A stretch of 64,000 bases of DNA from Planctomycetota bacterium. GTDB lineage: Bacteria > Planctomycetota > UBA8108 > SXIK01. The stretch lies in the NCBI GenBank assembly GCA_965223845.1, contig CBDCXR010000004.1, forward strand, positions 2,912,001 through 2,976,000, in the 5' to 3' direction. The notes below the pieces were generated by a model. That model ran no database searches. It saw only the letters and a list, made by a program, of their open reading frames with translations, and was not told the origin of the DNA. The translations under genes were made by a program, and so were the position numbers. Of this stretch, positions 57,869 to 64,000 are shown in pieces; the first letter of the stretch is position 1, and each line of letters opens with the position of its first letter.

Positions 57869-59275
57869 ATGTGGCAACCGACCCGACGTGACTTCCTCCG
57901 CTTGACCGCCGGAACCGTCGCTGCGGCGGCGGCACCGTCGCTCCGCGCCCGACCGCCGTACCTTCCCGAGGTTCCGCGCGGAGAGCGCCCGAACCAAGCA
58001 GCCGGAATCGGCGTGCTTCTCCCGCGGGAACGCGTCCCCCTCTCCTTCATCATCGACGACTCGACGTGCCTCGTGAACATGGGGTACTTCTGCATGCCGC
58101 AGTTCGCGGCCGCGTGGCCGAATCGCGCCGCGTACAAGAAGCCATGGCGATCGTGGCCGCGAGAGATCCCCGACGATTTCGTGCGCGAGTTCTGCGATTG
58201 GTGCGGCGAGAACGGTGTCCGCGGGAAGTACAGTGTCGTTCCCAACCCGGCTTGTGTCGGTTGGCTCGATCGCGAGCTTCCAGGGTGGTCGCGCCGGCAG
58301 CTGAGCGAAAGCCTGGCGCTCGTGCGCGATCGCATGACGCCGAACTGGGATCTTCATCCCGAGATGATCACGCACACGCGAGTGATCGATCTTCGGACGG
58401 GCCGTCCATTCGAGGAAGTGAGCCCGGCGACGATGGAGAATTCGTACCCGCAGGAGAAAAAAAGCGTCGACGAGCTCGCGAGCTATCTGGCCTACGCCCT
58501 CGAGATCCTCAAGAATTGCGATCTTCCCTGTGAGGGAATCACGACCCCGGGTGGATTCGGCGGACGCGTTCAGAAAGAGCTCTCTCTCGCGGCGGGAGAC
58601 GCTGTCCGCGACGTCTACGCGGCGGAGCTTCCGCACTATTTCAAGTACGTTGCGTCCGGCGACGAGAGCACGGAGCCGCTCGTCGAGAATGCGCGAGGAC
58701 TGACGGGTGACGATCCGCGCGCGGTGGTCAACGTGCCGGCCGGAACCGGCGACTGGTTCGGCGGGTGGGATGGAGATCGCGAGAACGAAGGACATCGCTA
58801 CGCGAACGAAGACGCGACGAAAGGGCGCATGGTCGAGCTGATCGAGCGCGAGCAACCGGCGGTGATGCTGTGCCACTGGCCCGGACTCTACAACCACGGC
58901 GCAAAATCCGGACTCCGGGCGTTTCAGCGTGTCGTCGAAGCCTTACACGGGCGCTATTCCGACCGAACGCAATGGCTCAAGGTGAGCGAGATCGCACGGT
59001 ACTGGGCCGCGAAGGAGCTCACCGCGATCGAGCGCCCCGCCGGCGGTGGCGTGCGATTGAGGGCGCCGTTCGCGTGCCCGTCTTTCACCGTTCGCGTGAG
59101 TGAAGCGAAGGAGATCCGCGACGTTCGGCTTGCGCACGGTGATCAGGTCGCGACGCTCGACGAAGTCCAATCCCGTACGAATCTCGCCGCTGGGAACTGG
59201 CGCCGAGAGGGCGACGCGGTCATCGCGTGCTTCGATCTCGTCCGAGGCGAATCCTCTCTCCGTCTCTCGAAGTGA
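57869..59275 (+). CDS. Tat-exported hypothetical protein, possibly polysaccharide-deacetylase-like fold
   Basis: TRRDFL; PLSFIIDD, HPEMITH, GITTPGGFG, MLCHW motifs. Confidence 0.55.
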   Translation: MWQPTRRDFLRLTAGTVAAAAAPSLRARPPYLPEVPRGERPNQAAGIGVLLPRERVPLSFIIDDSTCLVNMGYFCMPQFAAAWPNRAAYKKPWRSWPREIPDDFVREFCDWCGENGVRGKYSVVPNPACVGWLDRELPGWSRRQLSESLALVRDRMTPNWDLHPEMITHTRVIDLRTGRPFEEVSPATMENSYPQEKKSVDELASYLAYALEILKNCDLPCEGITTPGGFGGRVQKELSLAAGDAVRDVYAAELPHYFKYVASGDESTEPLVENARGLTGDDPRAVVNVPAGTGDWFGGWDGDRENEGHRYANEDATKGRMVELIEREQPAVMLCHWPGLYNHGAKSGLRAFQRVVEALHGRYSDRTQWLKVSEIARYWAAKELTAIERPAGGGVRLRAPFACPSFTVRVSEAKEIRDVRLAHGDQVATLDEVQSRTNLAAGNWRREGDAVIACFDLVRGESSLRLSK

Positions 59276-59355
59276 GTGTCGCCATCACGATCCGGAACCC
59301 GCCCTGCCCTCAACGTCGTCATTCCCTCCAACCCATCTCGAAGCTCATTTCCAAC

Positions 59356-61383
59356 ATGCATTTGGTCCCGGCTAGGTTCGCGATCCTTCCCGTTCTCGTC
59401 TCCACTGTCGCCTTCGCACACCCGACACTCGGAGCGACCGAGTCTCCGTCCAACGAGGATTCGATCGACCGCGAATCGAACGGTTGGAGTCCGCCCGCTT
59501 CCTTTTTGTCGCTGCCGTCGACGACTGATCTTCCGGACGTTTGGACCCTTTCGAGCGGACGTCGGGTCTCCTCCGCCCGAGACTGGACCGCGAGACGAGC
59601 GGAGCTGAAGGAGATCCTCCAGTTCTACCAGTACGGCCGCGTGCCGCCGCGACTGGATCGCGTCGAAGCAGTGCTCGAGCGGGAGCGACCGCACGCGAGC
59701 GGAAGAGGACGGGAAGAGTGGCGGACTCTCGTCATCGGTTCCGAGCGCCGGCTCCGGATGCGATTCGTGGTCTACGTACCGGACTCCGCCGGGCCGTACC
59801 CAGCCGTCATCCGCGAGGAAGGAACGCTCGGCCGCACGGAACAGATCCCGATGTTTCTCGCCAAGGGGTACATGTTCATCGAGTACGCGCGCCACGATCT
59901 CGATCCCGATCGACAGGGCGTCGTCGGTCCCGCGCAGGCCGCCTATCCGTCGTACGACTGGGCGACCCTCGCAGTGTGGGCTTGGGGCGGAATGCGCGTC
60001 GTCGACTACCTCGAAACGCGGGACGACGTCGACCGGGCAAAGATCGCGATCACGGGTCATTCGCGCGGCGGAAAGATGGCGCTCCTCGCCGGTGCGCTCG
60101 ACGAGCGGTTCACTCTCGTCGTTCCGAACGGTTCGGGCGCCGGAGGCGCCGGCTCGTACCGAATCCTCGGCCCGGGAGCGGAGTCGCTCGGTATGAACGA
60201 CAAGCCACACTGGTACCACGAGCGCATTCGCTGGTTCGGTGGGCGCGAGGATCGACTGCCGTTCGACCAGCACTTTCTCAAGGCTCTCGTCGCGCCGCGC
60301 GCGCTTCTGTGCACGGAATCGGTCGACGACGAGTTTGCGAACCCCGCCGGTACGCAGGCGACGACGCTCGCTGCGCACGCGGTGTTTCGCTTTTTGGGCG
60401 CCGAGAAACGAAACGGAATCCACTTCCGTCGCGGAAAGCACGACTCGAATACCGAGGACTGGAAGGCACTCCTCGAATTCGCCGAGTGGCAGTTCTTCGA
60501 TCGCACTCCGGAGCGGCCGGAGCGGTTCTGGCGTCGACCGTTCCCCACGGGACCGTCGAATGCCGGAGCGACGGCGGCAGCGCCCGGAGCGGTCTCGCCA
60601 CCGACGCGCGACGATGCGGCCGAACATTGGATTCGCATCGGAGCAGCGGGAAATCGCGCCGATCGAAACTACTACGACGCGGGAAAGTTCGGCGCTGTTT
60701 CGTACGAGTTCGAAATCGGCCGCAATCCAGTCACGAACGCCCAGTACGCCGAGTTTCTGAACGCGGTCGCGAAGCGAGATCCCCACGAGCTCTACCATCC
60801 CGCGATGGCCACGCACGCCGAAGGCGGCATCGTCCGGCGCGGCGAGACGGGCGAGCACCGCTACCTCGTGAAGGACGGATTCGCGCGGAAAGCCGTCGTG
60901 TTCGTGAGCTGGTTCGACGCGCTGCGGTACTGCAATTGGCGACACAACGGCGCGCCGACGGGTCCGGGCGCCGCACGCGCGACGGAGAGTGGAGCCTATT
61001 CGCTTGCCGACGGAACGGACGTGGGCTTGCGGCGTCCAGACGCTCGGTTCTTTCTTACAAGCGAAGACGAATGGTACAAGGCGGCGTACTTCGACGCGAG
61101 CGCGGCCGAAGACGATGGGTACTCGCTCTTTCACCGAACCGACGAGGACCTAGAGGTCGTTCGGCGCCCTCTCGACTGGGCGAGCCCGCTCGGAGTTCGC
61201 GGGCTCGCGGATCGTGTGTGGGAGTGGAACGAGGCGCGCGTAGGCGTTCTCTTTCGCGGTGTCCGCTCGGGAGCGTGGTTCCTCGGCAACAACCGACAGT
61301 CGGCCGGCCGTTTCTTCTGCAATCCCGATCTCGAGCTCGCGACCATCGGATTTCGCATCGCGAAACCGATCGGAAGCGGTTGA
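59356..61383 (+). CDS. CE15 glucuronoyl-esterase-like alpha/beta hydrolase fused to an FGE-sulfatase/SUMF1-like domain
   Basis: W..RRAE, WAWG..R.VDYL, GHSRGGK nucleophile motif, LPFDQH...LVAPR; then VTNAQYAEFLN, VSWFDA..YCNW, EDEWYKAAY, VWEW, GFRIA. Confidence 0.82.
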   Translation: MHLVPARFAILPVLVSTVAFAHPTLGATESPSNEDSIDRESNGWSPPASFLSLPSTTDLPDVWTLSSGRRVSSARDWTARRAELKEILQFYQYGRVPPRLDRVEAVLERERPHASGRGREEWRTLVIGSERRLRMRFVVYVPDSAGPYPAVIREEGTLGRTEQIPMFLAKGYMFIEYARHDLDPDRQGVVGPAQAAYPSYDWATLAVWAWGGMRVVDYLETRDDVDRAKIAITGHSRGGKMALLAGALDERFTLVVPNGSGAGGAGSYRILGPGAESLGMNDKPHWYHERIRWFGGREDRLPFDQHFLKALVAPRALLCTESVDDEFANPAGTQATTLAAHAVFRFLGAEKRNGIHFRRGKHDSNTEDWKALLEFAEWQFFDRTPERPERFWRRPFPTGPSNAGATAAAPGAVSPPTRDDAAEHWIRIGAAGNRADRNYYDAGKFGAVSYEFEIGRNPVTNAQYAEFLNAVAKRDPHELYHPAMATHAEGGIVRRGETGEHRYLVKDGFARKAVVFVSWFDALRYCNWRHNGAPTGPGAARATESGAYSLADGTDVGLRRPDARFFLTSEDEWYKAAYFDASAAEDDGYSLFHRTDEDLEVVRRPLDWASPLGVRGLADRVWEWNEARVGVLFRGVRSGAWFLGNNRQSAGRFFCNPDLELATIGFRIAKPIGSG

Positions 61384-61584
61384 TCGAGATCGACTGCGAA
61401 ACTGGCGGATTCGAAGGTACCACGGAGACGGATTTCGAGTCCTCGGCTGGATTGGTATCATCTCCGTCGCGATCGACGTCGTCGGTCGGAGGATTTCGCA
61501 CGAAGGCTTGAGTCGCCTGGTAAGCTTCGGACGCCCTCTCGTGCCCAAAGAGAAGCAACGCGTAGCGCCCCCATCGAGAGATTT

Positions 61585-62961
61585 ATGAAACCGGTCAATT
61601 TGTGCAAGGTGGGCGATCAAGTCGCCGGGCATCCGGCGCTGACACGGATCGCGGTCATCGCGGGGCTCTCGCTCGCCGCGATCGCTTCCGTGCCAGCGGG
61701 CGAGCGCGACGACCGCGAGCTCAACTGGCCCGAGTGGCGCGGTCCGCTCGGAACCGGGGTCGCGCCGAAGGCCGATCCACCGCTCAGCTGGAACGAAGAG
61801 AGCAATGTTCGCTGGCGCGTTGCACTTCCCGGGCGCGGTCACTCCACGCCGGTCGTTTGGGGAGACAAGATCTACCTGACGGCCGCGGTCCCGTACGGCC
61901 CCGCCCTCGAGCCGAAACCCGAAACGGCCCCGGGCGCTCACGACAATCTTCCCGTGACGCACCGGCACGAGTCGGTTGTCGTCGCCGTGAGTCGAGCGAA
62001 ACGCGACATCGTCTGGCAGAAGACGGTCCACCGCGGTCTTCCGCACGAAGGAGGGCATACGACCGGGAGTCTCGCGTCCGCGTCACCGATCACCGACGGC
62101 ACCCACGTCTATGCGTTCTTCGGGTCGCGTGGACTCTACTGCCTCGACCCCGCCGGTGAAATCGTGTGGGAGAAACACTTCGGCGAAATGCAGACGAAGC
62201 ACGCCCACGGAGAGGGCAGCTCCCCCGTTCTCTACCGCAACACGATCGTCGTCAACTGGGACCACGAAGGGCAATCCTTCGTGACGGCACTCGACAAGGA
62301 GACCGGCGATCCTCGGTGGCGCATCGACCGCGACGAAGTTACCTCGTGGGCGAGTCCGATCGTCGTCGAGCACGCGGGAAAACCCCAGCTCATCGTGAGC
62401 GGAACGGGTCGAGTGCGCGGATACGATCTCACGTCCGGCGGCGTGATCTGGGAGTGTGGAGGGCTTTCCCACAATGTCGTCGCCTCGCCCGTCGCCGGCA
62501 ACGGTATGGTGTTCGCCGCGAGCAGCTACGACCGGCAAGCGATGCTGGCGATTCGGCTCACGGGAGCGAAGGGAGATGTCACCGGGACGAAGAATCTCGT
62601 CTGGCGTCGCGTCCAGCGCACGCCGTACGTACCGTCTCCTCTCCTCTACGATGACGCGCTCTACTTTCTCCGGCACTACCAAGGTATCCTCTCCCGTGTC
62701 GACGCGAAGTCGGGCGAAGAACGGCACGGACCGATTCGCCTGCCGCGAATCCGAAACGTCTACGCATCTCCGGTCGGCGCAGCGGGGCGGATCTACATCA
62801 CCGATCGCGATGGGACGACGGTCGTCATGAGTCACGACGACGAACGGAAGTTGCTCGCGATCAACCAGCTCCGCGATACGTTCAGCGCGTCGATGGCCAT
62901 CGTCGGGAAGGAGATTTTCCTCCGCGGCGAAGCGCAGCTCTACTGCATCGCAGAGGACTGA
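61585..62961 (+). CDS. PQQ-binding-like (BamB-type) beta-propeller protein
   Basis: NWPEWRGP, LPGRGHSTPVVWGD, ASASPITDG, GSSPVL, ALDKETG...W, YVPSP, YASPV. Confidence 0.88.
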   Translation: MKPVNLCKVGDQVAGHPALTRIAVIAGLSLAAIASVPAGERDDRELNWPEWRGPLGTGVAPKADPPLSWNEESNVRWRVALPGRGHSTPVVWGDKIYLTAAVPYGPALEPKPETAPGAHDNLPVTHRHESVVVAVSRAKRDIVWQKTVHRGLPHEGGHTTGSLASASPITDGTHVYAFFGSRGLYCLDPAGEIVWEKHFGEMQTKHAHGEGSSPVLYRNTIVVNWDHEGQSFVTALDKETGDPRWRIDRDEVTSWASPIVVEHAGKPQLIVSGTGRVRGYDLTSGGVIWECGGLSHNVVASPVAGNGMVFAASSYDRQAMLAIRLTGAKGDVTGTKNLVWRRVQRTPYVPSPLLYDDALYFLRHYQGILSRVDAKSGEERHGPIRLPRIRNVYASPVGAAGRIYITDRDGTTVVMSHDDERKLLAINQLRDTFSASMAIVGKEIFLRGEAQLYCIAED

Positions 62962-63137
62962 TCCGGTCGCGGACGAGGGCGGCGACCTCCCACGAATGGC
63001 AGTATCGTCCTTGACGACGCCAGATGGATCGCTCTACGTTGGTGTCTGAACCGACAGAGGGTCGAGCGTCACTCCAGCCAGGGGCAAGTGCTCGGGGGCG
63101 ACGCTCGCGCAGACGCACGAGCGGTAAGGAGGCAGAT

Positions 63138-64000
63138 GTGATTGATCGTCGTTGGACCCGTTGTATCGGGCGAATTCGGCGTCCCGGGCGCGCGAACGCG
63201 GCCCCTCGGTGCGCGAATCGTTTCGCGCGAGCCACGCTGCTCGCGCTCAGCACTGTGCTCGCGAGCGGTTGCAGCGACTACCTCAAGAAGAGGGAGCTCG
63301 CGGCGGTCGCGAAAGACTGGTCTCTCGTCATCCGGGCGAGTCAGGTCATTCCCGTTTACCCTCTCACCGAGGATCTTCAACCGGGTGACCTATTCCTCGT
63401 GCTTCGCTCGATTCCCGAGCAAGTCGACGAGTACACAAAGAGTGGCTTCCTCCCACTCGATCAGCACATCACTCGTTTGGGCCCGTTCGACTACGCGACG
63501 CACTATCAGGAGTCGTACGGGACGAAAGATCGCCCCGTCATCCCGCGCGATTATCAGTTCCCATCGAACGCTGCCGGCACGCCGGCGACGCCGGAAAGAG
63601 ATGCGAGCTCGTCGACCCCGCCGGATGGTGCGGCTGCGACCGCGACCGCAGACGCTACGCCGGCGGGAGGCGAAGAGAGCGGGGACGACGCGGGGGACAA
63701 TTCGAGCGAGCCAGCGACGACGACGGACTGGAAGCTCGCGCCGCGCGCCGCCTTCCCGAGCTACAACTTTTCGGTGAAGAGCGGAGGCGCGCTCGGGCTC
63801 GCGATGCCGATTCAGGGGGTTCCCGTCGCGCTGAGCCTCATGCAGGCGGATCAGGCGACCGGGTCGGTGACGATCAGCGATGCGTATACGTACGGGCTAC
63901 CGTTTCAAGGAATCGCTACCGAAGTCTACGACTGGGCCAGACAGCCCCTTCACCGGTCCATGTTGGCGAACCTGCGACGGGAAGTCGTGAACGCGGAGAG
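63138..64000 (+). CDS. Hypothetical lipoprotein (partial, runs off window)
   Basis: Not in ORF track. RBS TAAGGAGG then GTG 63138; lipobox LASG-C; continues SDYLKKRELAAVAKDWSLVIRASQVIPVYPLTEDLQPGDLF. Confidence 0.7.
   Translation, partial: MIDRRWTRCIGRIRRPGRANAAPRCANRFARATLLALSTVLASGCSDYLKKRELAAVAKDWSLVIRASQVIPVYPLTEDLQPGDLFLVLRSIPEQVDEYTKSGFLPLDQHITRLGPFDYATHYQESYGTKDRPVIPRDYQFPSNAAGTPATPERDASSSTPPDGAAATATADATPAGGEESGDDAGDNSSEPATTTDWKLAPRAAFPSYNFSVKSGGALGLAMPIQGVPVALSLMQADQATGSVTISDAYTYGLPFQGIATEVYDWARQPLHRSMLANLRREVVNAE

Noticed and set aside
57734-58897. 583-aa ORF suggesting a long N-terminal fusion to the ECF sigma
   Set aside because: The upstream part is the antisense shadow of the Tat protein at 57869; sigma homology starts near 57733.
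61200-61383. FGE-sulfatase C-terminus as a diversity-generating retroelement variable region
   Set aside because: No template repeat and no reverse transcriptase seen in the window.
63136-63141. ATG-TGA mini-ORF after a strong RBS
   Set aside because: GTG at 63138 has better RBS spacing and opens a lipoprotein frame.

Overview
High-GC window, inferred to be from a Planctomycetota-type bacterium: it has DUF1549/DUF1553 cytochromes paired with DUF1501, an ECF sigma/Ser-Thr kinase pair, Tat-exported oxidoreductases and dockerin-like C-terminal tails. About 37 protein genes are supported. No rRNA, tRNA, CRISPR array, transposase or integrase was recognised. Best finding: an exported TlpA-like thioredoxin-fold selenoprotein (14683-16074, minus strand) that the ORF track splits. 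An in-frame TGA sits exactly at the first Cys position (FWGYG-U-GPC) and is followed by a SECIS-like hairpin. Other highlights: four secreted proteins with dockerin-like tails (one also cohesin-like, two are tandem CotH kinases); an ECF-linked kinase-TPR-malectin receptor; a glutaminase with metazoan-like EF-hand/ankyrin architecture; a BlaI operator palindrome; a candidate ~90-nt sRNA; a possible oxidative glycoside-cleavage cluster; and a CE15-FGE fusion. All calls come from reading motifs by eye; no database searches were run.
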